A stretch of 64,000 nt of DNA from Histomonas meleagridis 2922-C6/04-290x. Its lineage: Eukaryota > Protista > Parabasalia. The notes below the pieces were generated by a model that was not told where the DNA came from, ran no database searches, and saw only the letters and a list, made by a program, of their open reading frames with translations. Of this stretch, positions 11,856 through 23,061 are shown in pieces (the stretch's first letter is position 1; each line of letters starts with the position of its first letter). The position numbers and the translations under genes were made by a program. Location of the stretch: the NCBI GenBank assembly GCA_020184695.1, contig JAANOX010000156.1:58855-122854 (forward strand), in the 5' to 3' direction.

Positions 11856-14800
11856 TTATATATAAGACAAATATTTAATTCTCCACTTATAACAACATTT
11901 TTCAACATCAATTGAAACAAATGTATCATTTTCATATGGCAGAACATCTCTTATTTTTTTCTTGTGTGGCGAATTTAATATTTTTTCTTTTATTACATCT
12001 TTTTCTAATGTAATAATGGAAACATTTCCATTTTCATATCCGCAAACAACAAATTTATCATTAATATTACTTAACGTTGACATATTATTATTATTATTCT
12101 TTAATTCTAATTCAATTTCTAAGTTGCCTTCTAAGTTACTATAAATAATTTTATTACTTTCTTTAACAGAAGCAAAAATTCCATCTTTAAAAAATGCAAC
12201 TAATTTAATATCATTTTGATACACATAATTCTTTATATATAATCCATGGCAAATCTCATTGATATATACTTCATTTTTATGGTATGATGCAAAAATTAAA
12301 TTTGTATTTGATATCACTGATTTTATTTTGTTGGGAAAATTAACTTGTGACATCAATTTAAGCGTTAAATCATTTGTATCTAAAGAATATATTTGTGATA
12401 GGCCAAATAGATAATCAATCACTAAAAAGTTTTGGTTAGATAAGGTGATTTTTACGATATATTGATATATGAATTTTCGTTTTGTTTTGTTTTTATGTGA
12501 ATTTATTATTGTTAATGTACATTCAGTTGGATTACATGTGATAATTATTGGAAATGATATCGTTATTAATTGATCTATTTTTGTAAATGTGAATTTTGTT
12601 GGAATATAATTTAAATTAGCGTTAGAAAATGTTGTTTCATTATTTTCAAAGTCATAAAAATTGCCCGTTTGGTTTCCACTTTTTGACTTACGGTTCGTTA
12701 CAATTTTGTATTGGTTGTAAATGTAATCCGTTTGTTGTGATTCAATTATAAACCGCCCGTTTTTTATCGTCAAAAATTGAACGAAATCCGATGAAATTTT
12801 CTGACATTCGATGATTGAATCTTTATGAACAATTACATTAATATGTGTATCAATCAAAGCAGTTTTACCCCAAGCATAAGATAAAACCGATTCCAAGAAG
12901 TTCGGAGAAATTGATTTCTTATCCAAAATTAATTCGTTTTCAGATCGATTTAATTTTGCATAAGTTAAAATATAAATATAATTTGGGAAAGCGATGAAAA
13001 CAGAAGGAATTATCATTGTAAAACGAATTAAATTACAATTTAAAATTTTAACAAAATCACCAAAAACATTTGTACATATTATTTTTTCATCTGTATTTAT
13101 ATTAATATTATTATCGTTAATGAATTTTATCGATTCATTTGGACTAGAAAATATCGACGGAAGGTTAACAATAGGTTTAAAGTTACCAATTACATAAGGA
13201 TATAATGAATAATTTTTAGGATCAAAAGGTTTCATTAAATTATATTTTAATTTTAATGTTACATTATTCCAATTATGATATTGTACATAAATAACATCAA
13301 TTTGATTTTTCATATATTTATATATAATACTTGAAATATTATTACAATTATTCGTAATGAAAATCGATTTATTATAATCATTTAAGATATCAGTTAAAAA
13401 TTTATTAATAATTTCATTCAATTGATCAAAATTTGTATTGTTCTTAATAATTTCATTATGGAAAATTTCGAATTGATTTTGATATTGAGTTTTACTTTTG
13501 AAATTATGATTTTGAAATTGTTTAATTTTTGAGGAATTTTTTTTAATATTAAAATCTTTTATTAATAATTTAATAAATTCATCGAATTGATTTGATGCGA
13601 AGTTATACATTAAAGTAAAACAATATAACCAACAATCAATGTAATCTTTAAAGAATATATAAAATGTATTAATTTCTCTTTTAAATAATGATAATATTAA
13701 TAATGTATACGGAGGATTTGATATTAAAAATAATTCACATAAAACTAAATTAATTAAAGGGATTAAAGGTTTATATTTTTCTTGAGAAATTTTAATGTTT
13801 TTTAACATGATAAAGATATCTGATATTATTGATGAAGGATTTGTTATTAAGTTACTATATATTAAATAACATATATAATTTAATATAATCGAAATTTGAT
13901 TTTTTGTTTTAATCGATATTATGATTTTATGTAAAAAATATGTGATTAATATCGTTATGATTTCTTTGTCATATTTAAAGTCAACAAAGAAAAATGATCG
14001 AATATAAATTTCTAACTTTTCATCATCAATATTTAATAATATATTTAATATAAAATCAAATATTGTTGAATCCGATATAAATTTAATTAAATTCGATGTA
14101 ATAATTTTTTCATTTAATGTTTTCGTTTTTAATTTACAATTTGTAAAAATTTCTTGAAATATTTCTTTAATAAATTGATATGTTGTATTTATAGTTTTTG
14201 AGTTTGTTATATTAATTTCATTGATTAAATCTGGATTAATTTTGAAATTATTAAAATATTTTTCTAATAAATATGAGATTTCAATGTTATTATTATTATT
14301 AATATTTTCATTTGTATTATAATCTTCATTTAAAATTATTATATAATTAAACACATATGGAAGAAATGTAACAAAAAATTGTAAACAATTTTCATTTTTT
14401 GTAATATAATTTATATTTTTTGTTAAGAAAATTATTGATAATTGAATCTTTTCATTTATCTCTTTGATATTTTCAGGAGTTTCATTCTCATATAGCATCG
14501 AATGAAGATTACATAATAATCCACTTAATATTAATGATATTAAATATATAATAAAGTTTTGATGTTTATCATCACTTAATAATAAAAGTGTATCGCCCCA
14601 AACACTATCATGATTTATCATCGTGGAAATTAATGTACAAAATAAATTGTCGACTTTGAAAAATTTGGTTGTTATGGTCTCAATTAATATTATTAAATGA
14701 TATATTTTACATCGGAATTTGTTCGATGAATTTATAAATAATAACTTCAAATCATCAAATGTTAAATATTTAATTAATTCAAATGCTCCGTTTGGATTTG

Positions 14801-17800
14801 TTTCGACGAAGTAAATTAATTCCTTTACAATATAATATTGGACATTTACATTTTCTTTTGCGTTTTTACCATTTTCGTTGTTATATTTTTCTTTAATATT
14901 TTCGTTTTCATTGACAGTAATATTTGTATTAGCATTTACATTATTATTTTCGTTGCTATTATTTATATTTTCATTATTTTCATTTACATTATCATTTACA
15001 TTATTATTTTCGTTGTTGTTATTTATATTTTCATATACATTATTATTTTCGTTGTTGTTATTTATATTTTCATTTACATTACTATTTTCGTTGTTGTTAT
15101 TTATATTCTCATTTTCATTGACAGTAATATTATTTACATTACTATTGTTATTATTATTCGGCGGATGTATTAATAAAGATATAATTAATTTCATTACTTG
15201 TGGTACATGATTTAAATAAGTTAAAAGTGATCGAATTATTATTGTACATTTTTCCTTTCTTAATATTATTTCTGACAATGCGACAAAGAATTCTGGGAAT
15301 TCCTCGAATTTAATTGAATGAAATGTTTCGAATATTGAATGTAGTAATAAATCGTTTAAATTTTCCCATAAATTTATATTATATAAAATTTCGACAATTA
15401 TTTTTCCTATTTCAACTTCATTAATATTTGATTCTTTCATATTTATTAACACTTTCATAATTAAATCATTTGTCACGAATTTATATTTCTTTTTGAAGAC
15501 ATATAAAATTCCATTCCATAAATTCTTTAATAAATTATTACAAAATTTATTAAATTTAAATATCCAATTTAAAGTGTTAACAAATTCTTTTTGATTTTTG
15601 GAATTCTTTAAAAATTTAATTAAATATTTACCATCTTTAATTGAAGTTAAATAAAAACTTATACTTAAATAAGGTACTACACATATATTATTTAATTTTG
15701 TAGAATTTGTAGGTATTAAATAAAAATCTTTTGCATCACTTATGAAATGTGATCCAAATTTATAACAACTTTCTAAATTATTTGTCGAAAATTGTATTGC
15801 TGAGATCAATAAAATATTTTCTTCATCAAAACCTCCGAAATTTGAAATGTTATAATCATTTGATTTAACTTTTAAATGTTCAATTGTATTAATAATTATT
15901 GATTGACAATTAATTAAAAAATAATTCCATTCAATTGGATTTATCGTTAATTTTGTTTTGTTTCCAGAATAATTTATTTTCATTTTATCTCTTTTTATTG
16001 ATAAAGTAATTAAATTGTTTTCGAAAATTTGTATATTTTTGTTTGAGATTTCAAGTAATTTAAACCAAAATGAAATTGATTTATATTCTTTTTCGATGAA
16101 AAATTGTTTATTATTTGGATATATTTGAAAAACGCCAAAATTATTTTCATTTAAATCAACAAATTCTTTAATATTTTCATTCTTTAATATATAATTAAAT
16201 AAATTTTGTGATATGTATTGACTTGAAATTTTTTTCATTAAATCATTTGGTAAATTATTAATAGAATTTGATCCAAGTAAATATAAATTATATGGATCAA
16301 TGATATAAATATTATTAATATCTTTTAAATATTCTATTAATGATATTATTCGAATTGGTTTATATTTCATTTGATTTTTACCAAATATTAAATTTTTCAT
16401 ATCTTCTTGAGAGATATTAAATAATGGATGATCTTTTGGTAATGATTTAATAAATATTTCGATTTCTTTACGTTGCTTTAATACTACTAAACTTGTTAAA
16501 GTTTTAGTTATAATATTAACATCGAATTTTTTTATCCATTCTAAACCATTCATTTTTATAAATTGTTTTGATATTTCATTTGATTTTTCAAATCCATTTA
16601 ATAATATTTCGAATAAAGTATTATTATTATCATTGTCAATCAATTCCAATATCTTCTTAATGTTTTCGTTGTTAGGATCAATAATTAAAAACCTTGAAAT
16701 GATTTCAATATAATTTGGAATTTGATTACTAATAATTAGTTTATTAAATATATCTTTTCGTAAATCAATTGATTCATTAAATGAATATAAATCAATTATT
16801 AATTGTCCGAAGAATAAATTTTCTTTTAATAATTTTATTAAGAGTTCCGATGGTAATTTAATAACAAAATTATTTAAAAAATCAATTTCGAAAAAATAAT
16901 TTAATGGAAAGTTTCGTCGCTCAAATACCTTTAAACAATATGAAAATAATTCAAATGTATTTTCATTTTCATAATTATTTAAATCAGATATTTTTTGAAA
17001 TAATGTTTGATGGTATAATTTACTTAAATGTGGTTGATATTTGTCTAATAAAGAAATTAATTGTTTTACTTGAAATGAATCAATTTCTTTTGTTTCAAGA
17101 AATTTATCAAATGGAATATTATTAATTGATGTAGGATAATCATTTATAAGATTTAAAATCATATTAAAAATTGAGTGACGTAATTTTTCATGAACATTAA
17201 AAATATTATATATTAACTTTAAGACAGTATTATTTGGTGGTGATGTTAAATCATCATTATAACTTCGTATTAAGACATCATAACATTGAACAAATTGATT
17301 TGCTTCTAATACAAGCAATAAGATATCAATTGAGACAAAGCCTTTTGCTGCATTGAAAAATGAAGTGACATTCGGTTGGAATTGTGATGTGAAATTGAAA
17401 AATAAAGATACAAAAGTGGCAGCTTCTTCAGCAAATTCGTCTGGTATAGATAATGAAAATATTGTTGGAATTGATTCAGTAAAAAAATGTTGATAATTAA
17501 CTTGTTTAAAGAATGGCTTGGTTGTATCATTGAAAATAATTTGATTAACTGATTTTAATGTGGAAATCGAAACTGCACCAGTAAATAATGCTTTAAAAAT
17601 ATCACTGAATTTGTTGTTATTGGAAAAATATATAAAAAAATCCTCATCTGAAAAAATAGTGGAAAAAAAATCAACATCAAGGGTATTCATTAGGCATAAT
17701 TTCATAAATAAAATAATTAAGTCCGAATGGGAGTCCAAAAAATTTATTACTTTCCTGAGAATCTCATAAATATTAATATGATTCCCAAAATTATCAAAAT

Positions 17801-18005
17801 TTTCTAAAATTTGCTTTAAATATTTTGGTGCATGCTCTGATATTTTGGTTTTATTTGTTTCATTGTTGATAAAATTTTCAAATGAATTAACAAATTTTTT
17901 GAAGTTCTCTAAATTAGAGTTCGAATTGAAAATATTAAAATCTTGGGATAGTGTTGATAAACATTCAGTCCTTTGTTTATTTTGCTGAGTGCCTTCGTCA
18001 CTCAT
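11856..18005 (-). CDS. Neurobeachin/BEACH-family-like protein (ConA-like, ARM, PH-like, WD40) with no recognisable BEACH domain
   Basis: About 2049 aa from ATG 18005. ConA-like SISFWFK...WNYFLI; a PH-like block (WGKTALIDTHINVIVH...FLTIKNGRFIIE) resembling the BEACH-associated PH; C-terminal WD40 (VVCGYENGNVSII, HKKKIRDV, FVSID...W). Confidence 0.55.
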   Translation of the reverse strand: MSDEGTQQNKQRTECLSTLSQDFNIFNSNSNLENFKKFVNSFENFINNETNKTKISEHAPKYLKQILENFDNFGNHINIYEILRKVINFLDSHSDLIILFMKLCLMNTLDVDFFSTIFSDEDFFIYFSNNNKFSDIFKALFTGAVSISTLKSVNQIIFNDTTKPFFKQVNYQHFFTESIPTIFSLSIPDEFAEEAATFVSLFFNFTSQFQPNVTSFFNAAKGFVSIDILLLVLEANQFVQCYDVLIRSYNDDLTSPPNNTVLKLIYNIFNVHEKLRHSIFNMILNLINDYPTSINNIPFDKFLETKEIDSFQVKQLISLLDKYQPHLSKLYHQTLFQKISDLNNYENENTFELFSYCLKVFERRNFPLNYFFEIDFLNNFVIKLPSELLIKLLKENLFFGQLIIDLYSFNESIDLRKDIFNKLIISNQIPNYIEIISRFLIIDPNNENIKKILELIDNDNNNTLFEILLNGFEKSNEISKQFIKMNGLEWIKKFDVNIITKTLTSLVVLKQRKEIEIFIKSLPKDHPLFNISQEDMKNLIFGKNQMKYKPIRIISLIEYLKDINNIYIIDPYNLYLLGSNSINNLPNDLMKKISSQYISQNLFNYILKNENIKEFVDLNENNFGVFQIYPNNKQFFIEKEYKSISFWFKLLEISNKNIQIFENNLITLSIKRDKMKINYSGNKTKLTINPIEWNYFLINCQSIIINTIEHLKVKSNDYNISNFGGFDEENILLISAIQFSTNNLESCYKFGSHFISDAKDFYLIPTNSTKLNNICVVPYLSISFYLTSIKDGKYLIKFLKNSKNQKEFVNTLNWIFKFNKFCNNLLKNLWNGILYVFKKKYKFVTNDLIMKVLINMKESNINEVEIGKIIVEILYNINLWENLNDLLLHSIFETFHSIKFEEFPEFFVALSEIILRKEKCTIIIRSLLTYLNHVPQVMKLIISLLIHPPNNNNNSNVNNITVNENENINNNNENSNVNENINNNNENNNVYENINNNNENNNVNDNVNENNENINNSNENNNVNANTNITVNENENIKEKYNNENGKNAKENVNVQYYIVKELIYFVETNPNGAFELIKYLTFDDLKLLFINSSNKFRCKIYHLIILIETITTKFFKVDNLFCTLISTMINHDSVWGDTLLLLSDDKHQNFIIYLISLILSGLLCNLHSMLYENETPENIKEINEKIQLSIIFLTKNINYITKNENCLQFFVTFLPYVFNYIIILNEDYNTNENINNNNNIEISYLLEKYFNNFKINPDLINEINITNSKTINTTYQFIKEIFQEIFTNCKLKTKTLNEKIITSNLIKFISDSTIFDFILNILLNIDDEKLEIYIRSFFFVDFKYDKEIITILITYFLHKIIISIKTKNQISIILNYICYLIYSNLITNPSSIISDIFIMLKNIKISQEKYKPLIPLINLVLCELFLISNPPYTLLILSLFKREINTFYIFFKDYIDCWLYCFTLMYNFASNQFDEFIKLLIKDFNIKKNSSKIKQFQNHNFKSKTQYQNQFEIFHNEIIKNNTNFDQLNEIINKFLTDILNDYNKSIFITNNCNNISSIIYKYMKNQIDVIYVQYHNWNNVTLKLKYNLMKPFDPKNYSLYPYVIGNFKPIVNLPSIFSSPNESIKFINDNNININTDEKIICTNVFGDFVKILNCNLIRFTMIIPSVFIAFPNYIYILTYAKLNRSENELILDKKSISPNFLESVLSYAWGKTALIDTHINVIVHKDSIIECQKISSDFVQFLTIKNGRFIIESQQTDYIYNQYKIVTNRKSKSGNQTGNFYDFENNETTFSNANLNYIPTKFTFTKIDQLITISFPIIITCNPTECTLTIINSHKNKTKRKFIYQYIVKITLSNQNFLVIDYLFGLSQIYSLDTNDLTLKLMSQVNFPNKIKSVISNTNLIFASYHKNEVYINEICHGLYIKNYVYQNDIKLVAFFKDGIFASVKESNKIIYSNLEGNLEIELELKNNNNNMSTLSNINDKFVVCGYENGNVSIITLEKDVIKEKILNSPHKKKIRDVLPYENDTFVSIDVEKCCYKWRIKYLSYI
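14870..15150. repeat. In-frame minisatellite of about 39 bp encoding Asn-rich NVNENINNNNENN units
   Basis: Plus-strand unit TTTACATTATTATTTTCGTTGTTGTTATTTATATTTTCA repeated about 4-5 times with variants; TTTTCATTGACAGTAATATT occurs near both ends. Confidence 0.85.
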
Positions 18006-18225
18006 TGTCTGATATTTTGTTTTTGTATTTAACACAATTTCATATTCTCTCAATTTTCAAATTTAAATTGAAATTTAAACGTCTCGTGAAAATGGGGTGG
18101 TCCCACCATAATACATGGATGTTTCAACCTTATCATATTACACCCAAAGAAACTTTTCACCTAAATGCAATACTGTGTACAAAACATTTTTTTTAGTATG
18201 AAAAAAAATTATTTATTCAAAAACT

Positions 18226-19182
18226 TTAGGATTGATTTCCAGTCAATAAAGCAAAAGCTTCAGCTGCTGTATCTATTGGGTCTTCTTTCTTAAATAATTC
18301 TATTAATGGCTTTCCTGTATACTGAAAACATTTGTTTGATATTAATTCCATAAATTCATCGAATAATTTGTCTTCATCAACTTTAGTTTCTGTATTATTA
18401 ACATCAAATGTGAACGATGCACCTTCGTTTATGTCACTTTCACTTGGGAAGTTGGCAAATGAGAAATTAAATTCGTTTGAATTTGGTTGATCAAAATTAA
18501 ATGTAAATACCGCATTGCTATTTTCATGAAATTCTTTGTCAATGTCAGTTGAAAATGAAAAATCATCGGGCTTTTTAGCATTGTCTTCCGGAATTTTGGA
18601 TTTATCGGGTGTAAGAAATTTATTTGGAAATTCAAATTTTGTTGGTTCGGATTTGCTTTCTTCTTCTTCGATTTCGTCTGCAATGTTGAGGTGGATTTCA
18701 TCATCTTCTTCATCAGTTTTGTCAATTGTTGGAAATTCAAATTTTGCTGGTTCGGCTTTGTTTTCTTCTTTTACTCTACTTTCAGAAGTGTTATCTTCTT
18801 CGATAATTTCTTTGGAACTTTCTACAGTTTCTGTATTTGATAAATTATTTTCTTCTATTTTTTCTGTATTTGATTCCAAATTTTCTTCCTTTTGTTTGCT
18901 GCTATTATTTTCTTGTTCCGTGTTCGTTTCCTCTTTTTTTTCATCATTATGAATTTCATTCTCGCTTTTTGTTTTTTCTTTATCATTAAGGCTTTGATCA
19001 TGAGATGCATCTTGGCCAGAAATCTTTTCATCTGACTCATTTAAAACATCTCCTTCTTTGTCTTTTATTTCTTCTTCATGATTCTCTTCATTTCCATGTT
19101 TGTTGTCATCATTATTTTTATCGTTGGATTCTTTAGCTTCCTCTTGTAAATTTTCTTCGTTTTGTTCATTATTTTGGCTCAT
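18226..19182 (-). CDS. Acidic low-complexity protein with Phe-x-Phe motifs and a short helical C-terminal domain
   Basis: 318-aa ATG ORF, E/N/K-rich; EPAKFEFP and EPTKFEFP, FSFS, FTFNF, FNFSF, FTFD. Confidence 0.7.
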   Translation of the reverse strand: MSQNNEQNEENLQEEAKESNDKNNDDNKHGNEENHEEEIKDKEGDVLNESDEKISGQDASHDQSLNDKEKTKSENEIHNDEKKEETNTEQENNSSKQKEENLESNTEKIEENNLSNTETVESSKEIIEEDNTSESRVKEENKAEPAKFEFPTIDKTDEEDDEIHLNIADEIEEEESKSEPTKFEFPNKFLTPDKSKIPEDNAKKPDDFSFSTDIDKEFHENSNAVFTFNFDQPNSNEFNFSFANFPSESDINEGASFTFDVNNTETKVDEDKLFDEFMELISNKCFQYTGKPLIELFKKEDPIDTAAEAFALLTGNQS

Positions 19183-19597
19183 TTTTATCTACCCGACCGT
19201 TTATTTAAACGTTCAAAACGAATTTTTACATTTAAAATTTTATTCAAAAAAACGATAAAATCTTGAATAGGTAAATTGTTTATGATCGTTTAGCAATCAT
19301 AATGCTTTTTTTATATTTGATTTTATATTGATATCAAATATTATTTGAGTTTCATTTGTAGATATTAATTTTTTATTTAATACTCTTTATAGTAAATTTC
19401 ACGACGTACTTGAACATAGATATTTTACACGTTTTTGTTAAATTTCAATAACAATTGCTATAAAGTCCTTCAAAGAAGGTTACTCCATTTTGATCGTTTT
19501 TAATTGTAAATTGAGCTCAAAAATCATAAACCTCAAAAATGATGAAGTATCTTTATTTGATAGGTATGCATTCAATTTTTATTCATAAAAAATCTAT

Positions 19598-20330
19598 TTA
19601 GTAGCCACAAGAAAAAACATTGCTTTGTATAACACCAATTAATCTGTCATGCATTGAGTTAATGAGGTTATGAATTTCTAAATAACTAGTTAACCATCCC
19701 ATGTATTTTCAATTAATGAAATTAATTCATCAATTGATTGTGGCATAAGTTCTTCTACTCTCCTTTCCAAAATTCCCCATAAATTTTCGATAGGATTTAT
19801 ATCTGGATAATTGGCAGGCCAATTAGGAAGAACATTCCAAAACTCGTTCAAATAATTCATTGTTTCATTACATGTATGAATGCGAGCGCCATTTTGCATC
19901 AAATACCAATTTTTAGCACCATTCGCCTGATTAGTGCTTGGAATAAGAACTCATCAATATAATCTATCGCATTCAAAGTTCCACAAATTGAAATTAATGG
20001 TGTATTATATCTCTCAGATATACCACCACCTTTTTGTTGTAATTTGGTTTTCATCTCAAAAATGTTTTCACCATTTCTCAATTGGTTTCTGATTTTCCGA
20101 ATAAATGATCTTGAAATGCCTGGTTTTTGCGTATATTTGTGTATCTGTACACCCGCGGATTATCTTGGCCATTACTTTTTGACTTATTTCTACCATGTAC
20201 TGTGGCATTACCTGATTTTAAGAGTTGTCTATTAAAAAGTGTTACTTCCATGTGGTCAGAGCTGTTCTATCGTTGAAGTAACCTTTTTTGAAAGACTTTA
20301 TAATAATAAAGCATATTCAAATAATCTCAT
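19598..20330 (-). mobile_element. Tc1/IS630-family transposase relic
   Basis: QNGARIH...WPANYPDINPIENLWGIL, then a shifted tail NLINSMHDRLIGVIQSN...Y*. Several frameshifts; second catalytic Asp appears as Asn. The upstream limit is approximate. Confidence 0.85.
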
Positions 20331-20805
20331 GAAATATGTTGTTACAATTTCATTCGTAATTCATTCACGTAAGCCAACCCAGTCGATATTAAAACGATAA
20401 ATTAAAATCATTACATAAATTTAAATGGTTAAATTGAAAAACTATATGAGCTATATGGATAATGATCTGTTTATTTAATCAAATATAATATTCATTTAAT
20501 ATTTTGCGTTAAATACTTTTTGCACGAATAACGATTATCAATAACTTAATTAAAATTCAAAATTAAAGTATATGTATATGATTTAATTATTGTTATCATA
20601 ATATAAATAGGGTGGTTAAAAAGACCTTGCCTATCAACTTTTCATGTCAATATAGACTCTTTCATTCTAATAAAATATATTCTTTTAAAATTTAGGAAAT
20701 ACACTTCATATTGATGTATTAAAAGACAAACATGATCGTTCATGTATCAAACATTAATTTTTTGTTTAGTTGTACGTTAAAAATGCACGTTAAAACAATA
20801 AATAA

Positions 20806-21595
20806 ATGAATTACAAGTCGAAATTCGCTCAGTAAATCACTTCTTATGGATGAAAGGCTTTCAAAATCGAACTATATATCATGAAATCTGCAATGTATAT
20901 GGAAACAATGTTATTCCTCTCAGTTCAATACAGGATGGAACGCAGAGGATGAAAGAAGGTGTTCATACAATTTCTGATCGTATCCGAACTGGGAGATCTA
21001 AAAAATTAGAGTTAATTCTCAAAATTAGAAAATACCTTGAAGGAAACCCCTATGCAAGCACAAGAAAAATTGCAAAACACTTAAATGTAGACAAAAAAAC
21101 TGTTAAATTCATTTTGATTAATGAATTAAACATGAAACATGTGAATATTAAATGGATACCTCATATCTTATCCGCACAAAACAAAAAAAATACCGTAAGA
21201 AATTTCTTTCAAATGCAGACAGGAACAAGCTAAGAAATATACTCACACAAGATGAAAGTTGGATTTATTTTTCAAATCTACGGAATTCAATGTGGAGCCA
21301 CGAAGAAGAACAGGTTCCAAAAAGAGTTTCAAGGAAAATTGATTCAAAAAAAGTCATGATCTCGGTGATTTGGTCGATTACGAGCATAAAGTCAAACACA
21401 ATGTATGGAAAAAATCAGAAATTTAACCGTGTGTTTTTTAGTGAAACAGTTCTATCAGATTTATCAAAAAAGATTTCAACTAAAGGTTACTTCTTGCACA
21501 TGGACAATGCTCGACCACATTTAGTCCCAAACAAACGAAAAGAATTAGGCATCCAAAGACTATCACAAAAACTTTCCACAATATGTCATACGTAA
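20806..21595 (+). mobile_element. mariner (DD34D-type) transposase pseudogene, 3'-truncated
   Basis: HTH region (RTGRS, STRKIAKHLNV), WIPHIL, TQDESW, KKVMISVIW, LHMDNARPH. Frameshift near 21210. The YSPDLAPSD motif with the third Asp is absent. Confidence 0.9.
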
Positions 21596-21753
21596 ATACT
21601 AATTTACTAATTATTCTTTTTCAGTTTTGAGCTTTCGTTGGCATTGCACAAAAAGACTTTATAAAGTCAAAAATGACATGTTTGTTAAAACTAATAGATT
21701 TTCTGGGAAAAAATGTTTTTGACACTTTCGGTACAAAATTATTCAAATAATTA

Positions 21754-23061
21754 TTATTTTATATTATAAAAATGCATTTGATCATTTAGTATAACAACCC
21801 GATCTATGTGTTGTTCTATTATAAAAGATTTCACGAAACCAATTAAAGCTTTTCTTAAGTCATAGAAAGCGCCCGATAAAACAATGCAAAACAATGAATC
21901 AGTGACTTCTTGTTTTGAGAAAGATAATGGAATTATATTATTCCACTGTATGTTGTTACATGATGGGTCAATTACACCTGCAGAAAATATCGCATTTTGT
22001 ATGTTGATTATATCATGCGGCGTACGCCAAAATCTATCAGAAGCTCTTGAACTCATTAAATCAGACGCAAAGGTTTGATAATACATAAGTGGATCATCAT
22101 CATTCACTGCTATATCTGTTGTAACAGAGAAAACAGCATCAGATGAATACAAATATGTTAAGTCGACAATTGATTTCTGTGCACGATGTATAAACTCACA
22201 TATAAATGGGTCACTAATAGAAATGGGACGAAGTGGATGACGAACAGCTTCAATTTGTTCGATTTGTTCTGTTACATACTCAGGAACATCATCGGAAAGT
22301 GACACTTTGATGTGTTGATTAATCTCTAAAAATTTAATGTCTTGATTTGACTTAAGATTGATTCCTTTTATGCTTAATTTTTCGATGCCAGGGAAGTAGC
22401 GATTTAGTTGATCAAAGGAATCAAGAGTCGTAATGTTATTGTTATCTAGAATAATCGATCGAATAACATAACGATTTTGCTTACAAAAAATCGAAAAGTT
22501 GAAAAGTAAAAATTGGAGAACATTATTATTGTCATAATCAAGAAGCATGCCAACCTCATGTAAAACAATTTGTGATAAAATTTCTAATTTGGGTTTTGAC
22601 AAATCAAGAACAAAGGAATGTAAGCCATTGTGGAGAAGTACATGTTCTAAAAAAATGAGTTCATGATTAAAATCAACAAATTGTTCGAAATTATCTGCAA
22701 TGTACGAATAATTCCTATCATCTGCTCGAGAGAAAATCAAATCATCTGCAAAATAATGAACTGGCCCATAAGAAAGAATTTGCTGAATCTGGTCTTCCTC
22801 TAAACGATGAAGTGCAAAATAAAAAAGATTTGAATTTATATCATCATTTTTTATGTTTTGCTTCTTCTTGTTATCAAAGATTTTTTCAGTTACAAATTTA
22901 ATGCAATGATTTTTCGTTTTTGGATCAGTTCTCCTAAGTGGACCAATCGCAATTAATGAATGAATAATTTTTTCTGGCGTTTTTGATTTTTTAGAGAGAT
23001 TTTGTTGGTTCCGAAAATCGACTTTGCGTTGGTTGGTCAATATAAAAGGGTTTCGAAACAT
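21754..23061 (-). CDS. mRNA export factor NXF1/Mex67-like (LRR + NTF2-like)
   Basis: LRR IRSIILDNNNITTLDSFDQLNRYFPGIEKLSIKGINL; NTF2-like YSSDAVFSVT...FCIVLSGAF...FVKSFII...ILNDQMHF. Confidence 0.7.
   Translation of the reverse strand: MFRNPFILTNQRKVDFRNQQNLSKKSKTPEKIIHSLIAIGPLRRTDPKTKNHCIKFVTEKIFDNKKKQNIKNDDINSNLFYFALHRLEEDQIQQILSYGPVHYFADDLIFSRADDRNYSYIADNFEQFVDFNHELIFLEHVLLHNGLHSFVLDLSKPKLEILSQIVLHEVGMLLDYDNNNVLQFLLFNFSIFCKQNRYVIRSIILDNNNITTLDSFDQLNRYFPGIEKLSIKGINLKSNQDIKFLEINQHIKVSLSDDVPEYVTEQIEQIEAVRHPLRPISISDPFICEFIHRAQKSIVDLTYLYSSDAVFSVTTDIAVNDDDPLMYYQTFASDLMSSRASDRFWRTPHDIINIQNAIFSAGVIDPSCNNIQWNNIIPLSFSKQEVTDSLFCIVLSGAFYDLRKALIGFVKSFIIEQHIDRVVILNDQMHFYNIK

Noticed and set aside
14838-15210. 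Two hydrophobic plus-strand ORFs that look like membrane proteins
   Set aside because: They are antisense shadows of the Asn-rich minisatellite in the 2-kaa gene.
20607-20631. ATAGGGTGGTTAAAAAGACCTTGCC as the left TIR of the mariner
   Set aside because: It resembles mariner termini, but no inverted partner was found and the element is 3'-truncated, so it cannot be verified.
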